A stretch of 64,000 nucleotides of DNA, from IMG/VR virus record IMGVR_UViG_3300029119_000326. One strand, written 5' to 3'. The stretch is from a virus. The stretch's first letter is position 1. The number at the start of each line of letters is the position of its first letter. Position numbers and translations under genes: made by a program. A model generated the notes under the pieces. That model saw only the letters and a program-made list of their open reading frames with translations, had not been told where the DNA came from and did not search any database. Shown here piece after piece: positions 28,201 through 38,357 of the stretch.

Positions 28201-31113
28201 TTTGAAAATGATATTAACTCGTATTTGAATAATGAAAAAAAGCAAGAAATAATTCCGGAAGAACCAAGTATATTTAAAAATAATGAGCCGGTTTATTTAG
28301 ATAAAGGTATTTATTATCTGTTTTTAGATTTTGGTCCGGGAAGTTTGGCAATCTCTAATTCACCAATATACAAATGTGACACAAAATTGCATTTTCAAAA
28401 TCCGGAAGATTATAATATCATGTATAATCAAATTGCTGAAAATTTGCCGAACAGTTGCACAAATGAAGAATATAAAGAAGCCTTTAAAGATTTTTCAAGC
28501 TACAACAAAACACATAATTTCGTTTTTTATAAGAATGAAAAACTTGCACACGATATAACAACTTATCAGTTTAGCGGCAGCGATAACGAAAAAATCAAAA
28601 ATACTTATGAAGATGCAGAATGTATTTCAATGATTTGTGAAAATTGTGGTGAAATTGTTTATAGCTATGCTAAATTTGAGGTTGAAGCTGATCAAGATAA
28701 GGATCCTGATAATAAACATCCTGAAAAAATAGATGATAGTGACCACAATTTTGTTTACACTTATGATGAGCCAAATTGTATTGAAGCTGGATATAAAAAG
28801 TGGACTTGCAAGAACAGTGTGGTACAAGGATATGTTTTAACCGGAGACACAGAACATCATTCTTATATTGAAGATTACATACAAAATAAGAATGATATAC
28901 CTTCTGATTTTGTTAATGCAACATTTGACGAATTTAAGAATTATTATAATCAAAATTTCGAAAGAAAATTTGAGGAGAAATATCCAGATGTAAATTCATT
29001 TTTAGATTTATATAAAAATAAAAATTCTAATAACTTTTTTGAATATGAATCTAATTATGATGCATTGATGAATTTTATAAAAAGTCATAGTTTTTACGAA
29101 ACTGATTATTGTGATAAGGAAATAAAAGAAGTAGTACCTGCTCTTTCAACTAACCATCAACATAGTTTTAAGGCTACATACACTGCTAACTTTGATGGCA
29201 CACATAACAAAAAAGCCGTTTGCACTAATAAGGGTTGTTATAGTTATATGAAAGAAAAAGAACTTTACAACCTTACTGATTCTGAGGCTTCTGAGTTAAA
29301 TTTAAACTATTTTAGAGATAATAATGGAATATGGTATAAATTCGATGAAAACGGAAATTCGACAGTTGTAAACAGGAACAGTGAGAAAATTGTCCTTAAT
29401 ACTTATGGCAAAAAAGTAAAAACAACAACAAAAATAAATGAAACTGAAAATTGCATTTATGACGACAATTGCACCTGTATCTATTGTGGAGCTGTAAATC
29501 ATAAAAAAATAAACAGTGAAATATCAAATTATATTCCATCAACAGCAGATACAAACGGTTCATATATTAAAACAGATTATTGTGAAAAATGTAACGCGAT
29601 TGTTGATGTAAATAAAATAATTTTACCAAAAGGAGAAATCACTGTTAATGTAGATGACAATATTACTCTAAAAGTAAACAAAAAGGGAACATATTCAGCA
29701 TCATATAACATCAAATTTAACGGTATTGACGACTATTCTAATATAACATTCAAACCAAAAGATACACTTGTTCTTGTTAATGATAAAACAAATGAATCTA
29801 AAATAGCGAAAGTATCACAAAAACAAATTGAATTTTCTAAAGATAAAGGTCTTACAACAACAGGTACGGTTACTGTTGAAAGTTTAACAGAAGGTACTTG
29901 GACCGGATATATTACATTTGACTACTACTTTTGGAAAAATGTAGATGTAACAGATTATTTCATTTGGACTCAAGATACAGAAAATTTGTATGTTTTAAAT
30001 AATGATGGTAAAACAGAAGAATACTGGAATGACGAATTGATTAAAATGATACAGGATAATCAATCGAACAATGTATGGGTGGATGAAAACAAAAATATCA
30101 GAGAAAAGTTGCCTTCGGATTTATATTATAAATATTTGAATTCACGAGTATTTGATAGTTCTTCGTTTGAAGATGATAATTTACAACAAAAAAGTAAAAA
30201 TGCGTATAATCATCATTGTTCTAATAATTTAGCAATTAAAAAAGAAAATACATTAACCGGATATATTCCATATGAAAGAACGGCAATAAACGGATTGATG
30301 GATTTGGGTGCTGAATGGATTAAAGCTAACAATGGCAAGCTTGTTATACCATCGTGCGCAACTGCAATAGCAGATGCCAAAGTTATCAATTCGACTACTA
30401 CATCAGATGAATATAACACAACAGATCCGGTAAGAGATGTATATTCAATTGTAAAATATGGAAAAGGAGCATTTCAACCGTATTTAATTTCCTATGATAA
30501 AAGCGGTAAGAAATATTATGTTGAGGATGATAATGTAACTTTGATTGATCCTTATTCAAGTCGAGGTAGAGAAATTAAACATTATAATGATAATATTTAT
30601 AGTGTTACAGAAGTAATTATTCCAAATAGTTGTAAATCAATTGGTATAAAATCATTTTTCTACAATAGTAGTATTAAAAATATTACTCTCAAAGGATCCA
30701 CATTTGTTAAAAATTATGCATTTTCAGGAATTGATTCTGCATATGCTCTTGGAAATTCATATGAAAATCTTTATGAAGTAAATAATAAGAAAAACGATAA
30801 ACTTGATATATATATCCCTGACGATACAATCTTTAGTTCACTTGTATTTGGATGTGCAAATGCATTAGAATCACTTGAATTGTATGGCTCAATTGCAAAA
30901 GTGCTACTCGTAGATAACAAGTATCCTGATAAGTTAGTTGGATATGATTATCATGAAACTTCTGCGGATATAATTATTCATTATAATTCATTAGAAGAAT
31001 TAAATAGAATAAAAAACGCTTCGCCTATTTACAGATTTTTTGATAATTCTTATAGTGAGAATGAATATTACAAAACTAATAATATGAATTTTATAAAAAA
31101 TAGTGGTACATAA
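25198..31113 (+). CDS. giant secreted protein (1971 aa) with BspA-type leucine-rich repeats at both ends and about 10 four-Cys repeats
   Basis: Signal peptide. Repeats ITKAPTCTEEGTKTYTCTNCGYSYTENIPKTTHNY. LRR-like ...IIPNSCKSIGIKSFFYNSSIKNITLKG. Confidence 0.7.
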   Translation: MSKNKKIISVFLAIITMLTCFPISAFANNIDWEYSVNEDNTIEITGYNGDLSSTLELPKTIDDKTVIGTSSEIFENKSVDNVKTIIIPYTYQFIWNLDLFSNLKKIEAHSLTIQNMYLLNGGQENKYIELNSENIEKFEKSLAVLSKLNESLCENNKEINKEKTTDCKKDGINYICKVCGYEWKKACQEHQYEYVKEKSTKDNCYSECIACGEQIKSNHNYKSEITKAPTCTEEGTKTYTCTNCGYSYTENIPKTTHNYVRKTLVEATCAQPGTDELTCSKCGYKETEKTYKSHEYDDGVVVDEGNCVNVKIKYTCKFCGNTYEETEDVLHDCIIENGYFQCKRCNKKVKLTFNSINTKNYTYDFDDVNDLDWDGALNTYVINCNEDSRYTFDFSKLNFNSDHGSVSLVKIDPDFTDDEIIFYSLLKQAYPRYQLDKYDTDGRCHPVENAPKLSYDFLSMFSLYDWTAYGWDPEWSANLEDKFEWIENSELQFKNSQVFFDLQKDRSNGKAYNYLEKYGSECFLGGTTKETLLLNKGKYLLVVKNAYSDSCKEPMFTGKFDIKKECNHVYNETITKAPTCNEKGTKTYTCTKCGYSYTEDIPKITHNYKAKITKEPTCTEEGIKTYTCKLCGDSYTEIIPATRHEYKKINIDDKTYKIECSKCGLNRFYKELDDWTITFSGNDNTCTLYKYNGSETILSLPEKVGKYKVLGLEKSAFENVKIADDITEVTIPYTYKKVEGIENLSNLRQLNYHEILWDYFSNELISFFDQNNIYCRSLCEGHWYTDQDCTKQDIDVYCKICGYTEKRDSNMTYFEDGHQYVISNVNGDIITYTCTQCPNSYTMICKHNNAKYDRKVEANCQHGSYDIYVCLDCNNEIKRHEQSTLGEHSYEIKKGKAICKVCQNEITYKSYNIDELNKQYTFYQKDFYDDHLSSTEKKNRYNCIKLTIDKNNTPVYFYQTKSQGKFNIRTFEGLSQDEIDYYLISSSQYGLNYNNFEKYSEFENDINSYLNNEKKQEIIPEEPSIFKNNEPVYLDKGIYYLFLDFGPGSLAISNSPIYKCDTKLHFQNPEDYNIMYNQIAENLPNSCTNEEYKEAFKDFSSYNKTHNFVFYKNEKLAHDITTYQFSGSDNEKIKNTYEDAECISMICENCGEIVYSYAKFEVEADQDKDPDNKHPEKIDDSDHNFVYTYDEPNCIEAGYKKWTCKNSVVQGYVLTGDTEHHSYIEDYIQNKNDIPSDFVNATFDEFKNYYNQNFERKFEEKYPDVNSFLDLYKNKNSNNFFEYESNYDALMNFIKSHSFYETDYCDKEIKEVVPALSTNHQHSFKATYTANFDGTHNKKAVCTNKGCYSYMKEKELYNLTDSEASELNLNYFRDNNGIWYKFDENGNSTVVNRNSEKIVLNTYGKKVKTTTKINETENCIYDDNCTCIYCGAVNHKKINSEISNYIPSTADTNGSYIKTDYCEKCNAIVDVNKIILPKGEITVNVDDNITLKVNKKGTYSASYNIKFNGIDDYSNITFKPKDTLVLVNDKTNESKIAKVSQKQIEFSKDKGLTTTGTVTVESLTEGTWTGYITFDYYFWKNVDVTDYFIWTQDTENLYVLNNDGKTEEYWNDELIKMIQDNQSNNVWVDENKNIREKLPSDLYYKYLNSRVFDSSSFEDDNLQQKSKNAYNHHCSNNLAIKKENTLTGYIPYERTAINGLMDLGAEWIKANNGKLVIPSCATAIADAKVINSTTTSDEYNTTDPVRDVYSIVKYGKGAFQPYLISYDKSGKKYYVEDDNVTLIDPYSSRGREIKHYNDNIYSVTEVIIPNSCKSIGIKSFFYNSSIKNITLKGSTFVKNYAFSGIDSAYALGNSYENLYEVNNKKNDKLDIYIPDDTIFSSLVFGCANALESLELYGSIAKVLLVDNKYPDKLVGYDYHETSADIIIHYNSLEELNRIKNASPIYRFFDNSYSENEYYKTNNMNFIKNSGT

Positions 31114-31147
31114 TACCACTATTTTTTTATGTATTTTTTAATTTTTA

Positions 31148-31157
31148 TTACTATATA
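31148..31157 (+). promoter_or_regulatory. TTACTATATA promoter-like motif
   Basis: Upstream of the flotillin operon. Confidence 0.4.
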
Positions 31158-31300
31158 TATGCAGAATGTAAATTATTCGGCGTTGAAATAGGAAGTATTC
31201 TTGACGGTAGTTTATAAAAAGGAGGTAAAATATGAATTAGCAACTATTCTAAAATCGAAAATAATCAAAAAAATCAATCAAAAATTAAAGGAGAAAAAAT

Positions 31301-32716
31301 ATGTTAAAAATCATTATTCCAATCGTTGTAGTTATTGTATTACTTATAGCTTTTTTTAAGGCGTTTTATGTTATTGCCTCACCAAATCAGGCACTTGTAA
31401 TCTCAGGATTTAAAAAAGAGCCACGATTTATTGTAGGTAAAGCAGGACTCAAATTACCTGTTTTAGAAAAGCTTAATAAACTTTCGCTTGCAAATATGCA
31501 GGTGGATATAAAAACCGAAGAAAGTGTTCCAACTGAAGAATTTATCAATATATACATAGATGCTGTTGCTACATTTAAGATTTCGTCTGATCCAAAATAC
31601 CTTTCAATTGCGGCAGAAGCACTTTTAGGTAAAAGTGAAGAAGAAATTAAAGAAATGGTATCACAAACCCTTTTAGGCTCAACGAGGGAAGTTGTCGGTC
31701 TTATCGGTGTGGTTGATTTAAACAATAAGCAAATGATTTCGCAAAAGGTCATGGAAAATGTAACTGATGAACTTTTGAAAATTGGTATTGAAGTAACAAA
31801 CTTCAATATTCAAAATTTCCGTGATGAAAACGGTATTCTTGAAAATCTCGGTATTGATAATACAGAAAAAATTCGTAAAAATGCAGCTATTGCAAAGGCA
31901 GAAGCAGAAAAAGAAACTGCTATTGCAAGAGCGTTAGCTGAAAAAGAAACATTGATTGCTAAAAGTAAAGCAGCACAGGAAGCTAATGAAATAAGAATTA
32001 AAGCTGAAACAGAAATTGCTGAAAGCAATAACAGACTTGCAATCAGAAAAGCAGAACTTAAAGCTATCGAAGAACAGCAACAGGCAAAAACTGATGCAGC
32101 TAAGCAAATTGAAGATGAAGCACAGCGCCGTGAAATTGAAATTAAAAAGCAAGATGCCAATATTGCAAGGCAAGAAAAAGAGGCTGTACTTGCTGAAAAA
32201 ACTGTTGCAGTTCAAGAAAAGAAATATGCTGCTGAAATTAACAAAAAGGCTGATGCTGACAGATATGCTGCAGAACAACAAGCACAAGCTGATTTAGCTG
32301 TTAAAAGAGCTAATGCAGATGCTAAAATTTACGAGGCTCAAAAAGAAGCGGAAGCTATCAAAATTAAAGGTTTAGCTGAAGCTGAAGCTATCGAAAAGAA
32401 AGCAGATGCAATGCAGAAATACGGTGAAGCTGCTATTCTTCAAATGGTACTTGAAAAAATGCCTGAAATCGTTGAAAATGCATCTAAACCTCTTCAAAAT
32501 GTTGATTCAATTACTATGTACGGTGATGGTAACGGTTCAAAACTTGTCGGCGATGTTATGAAAACTGTTAATCAGGTAATGGCAGGCTTGAAATCAAATG
32601 GGATTGATGTTAATGATATAATAAATAAGTCACTTGAAAAGAAAAGCTTGAAATCGGCTGTGGTTGACAATGTAATTGATTCAGATATTACTGAAAATTT
32701 ATCAGAAATTGAGTAA
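31301..32716 (+). CDS. flotillin-like SPFH/band-7 protein (FloT/YuaG-like)
   Basis: N-terminal TM. SPFH core. Long Ala/Glu/Lys coiled coil AEAEAIKIKGLAEAEAIEKKADAMQKYGEAAI. Confidence 0.75.
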   Translation: MLKIIIPIVVVIVLLIAFFKAFYVIASPNQALVISGFKKEPRFIVGKAGLKLPVLEKLNKLSLANMQVDIKTEESVPTEEFINIYIDAVATFKISSDPKYLSIAAEALLGKSEEEIKEMVSQTLLGSTREVVGLIGVVDLNNKQMISQKVMENVTDELLKIGIEVTNFNIQNFRDENGILENLGIDNTEKIRKNAAIAKAEAEKETAIARALAEKETLIAKSKAAQEANEIRIKAETEIAESNNRLAIRKAELKAIEEQQQAKTDAAKQIEDEAQRREIEIKKQDANIARQEKEAVLAEKTVAVQEKKYAAEINKKADADRYAAEQQAQADLAVKRANADAKIYEAQKEAEAIKIKGLAEAEAIEKKADAMQKYGEAAILQMVLEKMPEIVENASKPLQNVDSITMYGDGNGSKLVGDVMKTVNQVMAGLKSNGIDVNDIINKSLEKKSLKSAVVDNVIDSDITENLSEIE

Positions 32717-32739
32717 TAAAGATATAAGGAGTTTTTCCT

Positions 32740-33138
32740 ATGTTTGATGTTAATGTTATTTTATCAGATTTGCCGGCATTTATTATAGTCGGGGCTATTG
32801 TTATCGCTGCAATTACAGCTAAGCATGTTCGTGAAAAGATGGATTCTGATATTGACATGGAAGAAGAAAATGAAAATCAACAAAAAGTTAAAATCAAAGT
32901 AAAAAAATATAATCCTGATGGCACTGAAATGAAAAATGATGATACTAATCATCATAAACCAACTAAAACAAAAGAGCCACTTGTTTCAAATGATTTTACT
33001 GTAAATGATCAATCTGTTGAATCTAAAATTGATATTGAAAATACTAATTTTGATTTTGATGATAATAACTTACTCGGCGGTATTTCAGATGCATCTCAAA
33101 GTTTATTTGATGAAGTCTTTAAACAAAATAACGATTAA
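32740..33138 (+). CDS. small membrane protein with an acidic tail
   Basis: TM helix followed by a D/E-rich tail. Confidence 0.4.
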   Translation: MFDVNVILSDLPAFIIVGAIVIAAITAKHVREKMDSDIDMEEENENQQKVKIKVKKYNPDGTEMKNDDTNHHKPTKTKEPLVSNDFTVNDQSVESKIDIENTNFDFDDNNLLGGISDASQSLFDEVFKQNND

Positions 33139-33230
33139 AGTTAAGAACGCTTGAACTTATTTGTTCAGGCGTTCTTTTTTAAAAATTTTTATGAATATTA
33201 AAGATATTTTTACTAATTTTTTCGAAAATA

Positions 33231-33240
33231 TTACTATATA
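33231..33240 (+). promoter_or_regulatory. TTACTATATA promoter-like motif
   Basis: Motif copy. Confidence 0.4.
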
Positions 33241-33268
33241 CTCTTAGAAAATATTAGGGAGTGTAGTT

Positions 33269-33637
33269 ATGATTATTTTGAAAAAGCATCAATTAGCTGA
33301 TAATTCGGAATATCTTAATGCAACAGATTTGATTGATGAAAAGAACTTGGATAGTACAGAAAAATTTTATCCGATTGGAAAAGCTTGTGCGGATGTTTTG
33401 AACTACTATCAAGAAAATACACCTGATGCATACGGTAATGCTCCATACGCAAGATTAGACGGCTTTTTACAAGGATATTTAGCTGCATCTAAATTAGAAC
33501 TTGTTAAGAACGAGCAATATTGGGATGTTGTAAAAAATAAGCATGTTTTATTAAGAATTGAAGTACCCAAAAAGCCTTCTTCTCATTATGAAACAATTTC
33601 TGATATGAATAATGCATTAGAAAAGGAAAACAGGTGA
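33269..33637 (+). CDS. hypothetical protein
   Basis: RBS ttagggagtg. Confidence 0.4.
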   Translation: MIILKKHQLADNSEYLNATDLIDEKNLDSTEKFYPIGKACADVLNYYQENTPDAYGNAPYARLDGFLQGYLAASKLELVKNEQYWDVVKNKHVLLRIEVPKKPSSHYETISDMNNALEKENR

Positions 33638-33643
33638 TTATAT

Positions 33644-33856
33644 ATGAAGATACCTAAATATATTGAGGAAACCCTCAGAAAACGAAGCAAAGCTTCGGTG
33701 AAGTTAACTGAATTTGATTTGATTGTTACAAAATTCATAGAAGAACATAATATTGATGTTGATGAATATGACTACAATGGTGGTTGTGAAATGATTGTCA
33801 ATCCGTATGAAAGCGAAGAACGAATCAGAACGGCAATTCTAAATCATAAGGAGTGA
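33644..33856 (+). CDS. hypothetical protein (70 aa)
   Basis: RBS aggtga. Confidence 0.35.
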   Translation: MKIPKYIEETLRKRSKASVKLTEFDLIVTKFIEEHNIDVDEYDYNGGCEMIVNPYESEERIRTAILNHKE

Positions 33857-34118
33857 ATACATATGTGACAGAGTAAAAAGGAGAAAATGAAGTTGAAAGA
33901 AAAAAGGCATATATGTTAAGTTTGATTATTTGTATGATTATTGACCAAATCGGAGCAATCACATGTTTGCTCCTTGGATTTACTGAATGTGATGAAAGTG
34001 ATAATTGGGTAATTTTTTGGCTATTTATGTGTGCTTTTTTTGCATCATATGTGGCACACAATATGAAGTTTGACAAAATTTCGCAAACAAATGATTTTTT
34101 AGAATAGGAGAATACAAT

Positions 34119-34436
34119 TTGAAAAATAAAAAAGATACGATATGTTTCTTTTACTATAATGATGAAATTGTTTTTATCGGTAAAACAAAGCGTACTTGTG
34201 AAACATATGTAGAAAGTAAAGTGAAAAATGATAATTCACTTGATGCTCGTAAAATAACCAAAATAAAGTATCATTCGTTTGATAGCAGTGCAGATGCGTT
34301 ACTTTATTATAATTATTTTGTCAACAATTATAAGCCAAGATTTAATAATTATATAAGCCAAGGCAACATAACAGCTATGTTACCACCATTAGATTTTTCC
34401 GTTGTCGGTAAAGAACAACTCGTTTTGTTGAAATAA
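34119..34436 (+). CDS. GIY-YIG-like small protein (105 aa)
   Basis: CFFYYNDEIVFIGKTKR... N-terminus resembles the GIY-YIG block of 34573 and 41134. Confidence 0.4.
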   Translation: MKNKKDTICFFYYNDEIVFIGKTKRTCETYVESKVKNDNSLDARKITKIKYHSFDSSADALLYYNYFVNNYKPRFNNYISQGNITAMLPPLDFSVVGKEQLVLLK

Positions 34437-34572
34437 ACTGTATAAAAATATATTTAGTACAAAAGTTAGTTTCATTTTGAAATTTATGCGAATTTATATT
34501 GTTTACACAAATGAGTTTAATATTTTGAATGTAAAAAATTCAGTTCATAAAAAATAAAAAGGAGTTAATCTA

Positions 34573-35346
34573 TTGAAAAATTATATTGTGTACAAAATTT
34601 ATTACGGCAATACTGTTGCTTATGTTGGAAAAACTGACAGAACAATACAAGAAAGAACAAGAGAGCATCTTTTTGAAAAGCCGTTAAATCGAATTTTTGA
34701 TATAAACTTTGTTACAAAAGTTGAATATCATAATTTTGACTCAGAAGCAGATATGAACTTTTATGAATTATATTATATAAATCTATTAAAACCGCCGCTT
34801 AATTCTTTTGCTAAACTTAAAGATAAGATTACTTTTACTTTGCCGGAAATAACATGGATAAGCGCAGAATTCAAAGATTGGGATAAATGGAAATATGAAC
34901 TGTTGCATATGAATAACAGTTATCTCTCTTTTGACAAGAACTTAAAAATTCTTAATGATAAGAAAAAAGTATTATTAAGTATACAAAATAAAATTGATAC
35001 TGAAACTTTTTGGAAAGCATATGCATCATTACTCCAAAAAGAAAAATCTATTTTACGAAAATATACGATAGTCATTGATAATAAGACATTTGCACCATTA
35101 CCGTTTCCTTTGATGTTCATGAAAGACGATTATGTTTGCTATCGTATTGGTAAAAACTTGTTTTCTATTGGAAAGGTTGTAAATGGTTGTCTGACATTAT
35201 CAAATAATCATGTATTATTTCAGAAACTTTACACTTATAATTCTAAGACTAAAAAATTCGTAAAGGTAAATGACAGATATAATTATGATGCACAAAGGTG
35301 TTCTGCACTTTTAAAATTGGATTATTTGTATTACCAAAAACAATAA
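34573..35346 (+). CDS. GIY-YIG nuclease domain protein
   Basis: YIVYKIYYGNTVAYVGKTDRTIQERTREH... (GIY-YIG + Arg + His/Glu). Confidence 0.6.
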   Translation: MKNYIVYKIYYGNTVAYVGKTDRTIQERTREHLFEKPLNRIFDINFVTKVEYHNFDSEADMNFYELYYINLLKPPLNSFAKLKDKITFTLPEITWISAEFKDWDKWKYELLHMNNSYLSFDKNLKILNDKKKVLLSIQNKIDTETFWKAYASLLQKEKSILRKYTIVIDNKTFAPLPFPLMFMKDDYVCYRIGKNLFSIGKVVNGCLTLSNNHVLFQKLYTYNSKTKKFVKVNDRYNYDAQRCSALLKLDYLYYQKQ

Positions 35347-35396
35347 ACTTTATTAAAAGGAAAAGATGAAAAAACCTAACGAAAGGAAGTATTATT

Positions 35397-35972
35397 ATGA
35401 AAATTATAATTGCTTGTGGAGCTGTTGTGTTGGTTATTATATGTCTTGTGATAAACCACCAAAAAAATATGAAAAATAAGAAAAAGAAAGATGAAATTGT
35501 GAAATTTATTCAAAATTTATCTTTAGATGATTTCGATTTTATCTTATCAAAAAAAGAAAATGCAATTGAAATATCAAAATATAATATAAGCAAAATTCTT
35601 TATTCTGATAAAAAAATTCGCTTAAAAATTAGCAATATTATATCACCATGTCGCTCTTTTATGGAGATATTTAATGATATTAAAGAACTAACTATTGATG
35701 CAAATGAAAAAGAAATTAAAGACTTTTATCTTTTTTTAAACGATGCTGATTCTATGAAATTAGATATATGTTATTTAAAAGCGAATGTCAAAAATCAAAA
35801 AATAAAAGAAGTAATTAATATGATTAGGATTCCTAAATATTTTGCATTTTACAATATTGATTTAAGTCCTTATTTTGAAAGTCAAAAATTTTCATTCACA
35901 GATAAAAACAAAGAAGCGTTATTGGAAGAAATCAAAAACTTTTTCTTGGAACGAATTGATTCGTTATCATAA
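35397..35972 (+). CDS. hypothetical membrane-anchored protein, tandem paralog 1
   Basis: N-terminal TM. C-terminus DLSPYFESQKFSFTDKNKEALLEEIKNFF aligns with the next gene. Confidence 0.4.
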   Translation: MKIIIACGAVVLVIICLVINHQKNMKNKKKKDEIVKFIQNLSLDDFDFILSKKENAIEISKYNISKILYSDKKIRLKISNIISPCRSFMEIFNDIKELTIDANEKEIKDFYLFLNDADSMKLDICYLKANVKNQKIKEVINMIRIPKYFAFYNIDLSPYFESQKFSFTDKNKEALLEEIKNFFLERIDSLS

Positions 35973-35984
35973 TGAGGTGAAAAA

Positions 35985-36551
35985 ATGTTTGAATTTATCG
36001 GAATTGTATTTATTACAGTAATTGTGGCAATTGCAACTTATGAAATTACTGATTCTAAAAGGTTTGATAAAAAATGTAAAGCCAGTGAACTCATATACAG
36101 TTTGACTTTAGATGATTTTGAATTTTCAAAAGAAATAAGCAATTTGCTAATTTCTAAAAAGAATGTAAAAAGAATTTTCTGCGTAAATAGTGATAAAGAA
36201 AAAGCATGTATATTGAGAATATCTGCCGGAAATCACATATTTTCAATTAAAGCGACTAAAAAAGAAACGGATGCTTTTTTGAAATTATTTGATGATACAG
36301 ATTTTATTCAAGTTGATTTACATACTTTCATTATGTATATAAGCACTAAAAGTGAAAAAGCTGAAGAAATAAGAAGAATTAAGCGTTCTTTGTCAAGAGA
36401 TTGTAATATACCATCAATTTTTAAAAAATATAAAGTTGATTTGAGTTCATACTTTGAAGACGAAAGTGCGAAAGCGGAATTTACAGATAAAGATACTAAA
36501 GAATTATTATTTAAAATAAAAGATACTATCAATGCAAATATACCATTGTAG
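35985..36551 (+). CDS. hypothetical membrane-anchored protein, tandem paralog 2
   Basis: DLSSYFEDESAKAEFTDKDTKELLFKIKDTI. Confidence 0.4.
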   Translation: MFEFIGIVFITVIVAIATYEITDSKRFDKKCKASELIYSLTLDDFEFSKEISNLLISKKNVKRIFCVNSDKEKACILRISAGNHIFSIKATKKETDAFLKLFDDTDFIQVDLHTFIMYISTKSEKAEEIRRIKRSLSRDCNIPSIFKKYKVDLSSYFEDESAKAEFTDKDTKELLFKIKDTINANIPL

Positions 36552-36571
36552 TAATTATAAGGAGTAAGAAA

Positions 36572-37060
36572 ATGGTAAAGATAAAAGATATTTTTGGAAG
36601 CATAATTATTTTTCTTATATTCGCAATGCCAATGATTTTAATTAGTGATATGTGCGTTGTTAATATTAAAAATTATGATTATATTAATATTAATGAAACG
36701 GTGAATGCTACATATTCAAATGATGATATTTCAAATCTAACAAAAAGTAGAAATACTTATTACCGACATAAATATTATTTTTATGATGAAAATGGTAATA
36801 CAGTATCAATTGAATTATATGGACCAAAACAGAGATATTACGGCAGAGCTCAACATGAATATAAGTATGTAATTGATGATACTCTCGGAGATACTGTTAC
36901 TGTCAAAGATGTAACGATAATAGAAAAGAAAAATCTTAATAAATTGAATAAATTAAATAGAAAATTAATTTTCAAAAAAAGTAGAAGTAAAAATTATTAC
37001 ATTGTGACCGGCAGTAAAGAAAATATCGAAAGAATTTTGCTTTCGATTGAAGGCAATTAA
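36572..37060 (+). CDS. hypothetical membrane-anchored protein, tandem paralog A
   Basis: ...YYIVTGSKENIERILLSIEG. Confidence 0.4.
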   Translation: MVKIKDIFGSIIIFLIFAMPMILISDMCVVNIKNYDYININETVNATYSNDDISNLTKSRNTYYRHKYYFYDENGNTVSIELYGPKQRYYGRAQHEYKYVIDDTLGDTVTVKDVTIIEKKNLNKLNKLNRKLIFKKSRSKNYYIVTGSKENIERILLSIEGN

Positions 37061-37092
37061 CTAAATAAAAAATTTTCGGGGGGCAATGATAA

Positions 37093-37584
37093 GTGAAACA
37101 AAAGGCGAAAAATTTCATAAATACTAAAATAAAAAACAATATCAAACCAGTATTTTACATTATTTTAATGGCAGTGATGATTGTATTAGTGTTTGATATT
37201 TTGAATGTTAATTTGGAAGATTATGATATTATCAATCCAAAAGAAACGATAAATAACATTTTTTCTGTTCAGGATATTACAACTCAATTTACTAATAATG
37301 ATAATATTTACTATTTTGATGATGAAAACGGATATGTGAAATCGTTTTGTTTTCATCTACCAGATGGTATTGATGATAGTAATGAATATCAAGTATACAA
37401 ATATAAGGTCGATAATTCACTTGGAAATAAAATAGTTATTAAAGATGTAACTGTAACAGGAAAGAAAGACACAAGCACGCTTAATCAATTTAACAAAATG
37501 ATTCTTTTAAAGAAAAATAAAAAGGAAAGACGATATATTATAACTGGAAGTAGAAAAAACATCGAAAGGATTTTAAAACAGTGA
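37093..37584 (+). CDS. hypothetical membrane-anchored protein, tandem paralog B
   Basis: ...RYIITGSRKNIERILKQ; GTG start. Confidence 0.4.
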   Translation: MKQKAKNFINTKIKNNIKPVFYIILMAVMIVLVFDILNVNLEDYDIINPKETINNIFSVQDITTQFTNNDNIYYFDDENGYVKSFCFHLPDGIDDSNEYQVYKYKVDNSLGNKIVIKDVTVTGKKDTSTLNQFNKMILLKKNKKERRYIITGSRKNIERILKQ

Positions 37585-37750
37585 AAAAACAAAAAAATAT
37601 AGTTTTCAATTGGATAAAGAGACAAATGATTGTAAACAGAAATTACTGTAAATAGCCCAAAAGTAGCGAAAAAGGACCACTTTAATTGGTGGTCCTTTTT
37701 TGTTAATAATTTGTAAATTCGTATGAGCATATAAAATTTTTGTTTAAAAA

Positions 37751-37760
37751 TTACTATATA
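37751..37760 (+). promoter_or_regulatory. TTACTATATA promoter-like motif
   Basis: Upstream of the first YopX gene. Confidence 0.4.
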
Positions 37761-37812
37761 CCTGTGAAATGAAAAATGAAAGAATATTAAGCCATTAGAA
37801 AGGATAAATAAC

Positions 37813-38331
37813 ATGAGAGAAATTGTGTTTAGGGGAAAACCTGTTAATAAAGCAATTTATACAGATTTTGAAAAGAAATTCAAAAATGCCAGCTTTTTTA
37901 GTAATGGTTTTGTTTTCGGCTCGTTGGTCATATATGAAAATAAATATTATATTTGTCTAAATATAATATTAAATATGTCAGGAATCATATTTAACAGCAA
38001 CGAAAGTAATATGACAGCGACAATGATTGAGGTTATTCCTGAAACTGTAAGTCAGTTTACCGGCAAATATATTAATAACGCTCGACTCTTTGATGGAGAT
38101 GTTTTAGAGTGGTGTGACGACTACGATGATAGTTGGGGATTCCCAAATACTGCTGTAACGAGAAGTGTTGTATCTTGGGATGAAAATGACAGTTGTTGGG
38201 TTTTAAAACATGATGGTAAGGATGAATGCATTTGCACATTCACTGAATATGATAAATCTGAGTGGGAAAATATGAATTTAATCGGAAATATTTATGATAA
38301 CCCGGAATTGCTATTGGATTATAACAAATAG
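37813..38331 (+). CDS. YopX family phage protein
   Basis: MREIVFRGKP... and C-terminal IGNIYDNPELL typical of YopX. Confidence 0.65.
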   Translation: MREIVFRGKPVNKAIYTDFEKKFKNASFFSNGFVFGSLVIYENKYYICLNIILNMSGIIFNSNESNMTATMIEVIPETVSQFTGKYINNARLFDGDVLEWCDDYDDSWGFPNTAVTRSVVSWDENDSCWVLKHDGKDECICTFTEYDKSEWENMNLIGNIYDNPELLLDYNK

Positions 38332-38357
38332 GTTACTACCGTTTAAGGAGGCAATAA

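Noticed and set aside
9596-32297. Numerous 60-140-aa minus-strand ORFs inside the giant + strand genes (e.g. 9596-9787, 21324-21734, 31810-32287)
   Set aside because: They are antisense to well-supported long genes, have compositionally biased translations and lack RBSs. These are shadow ORFs.
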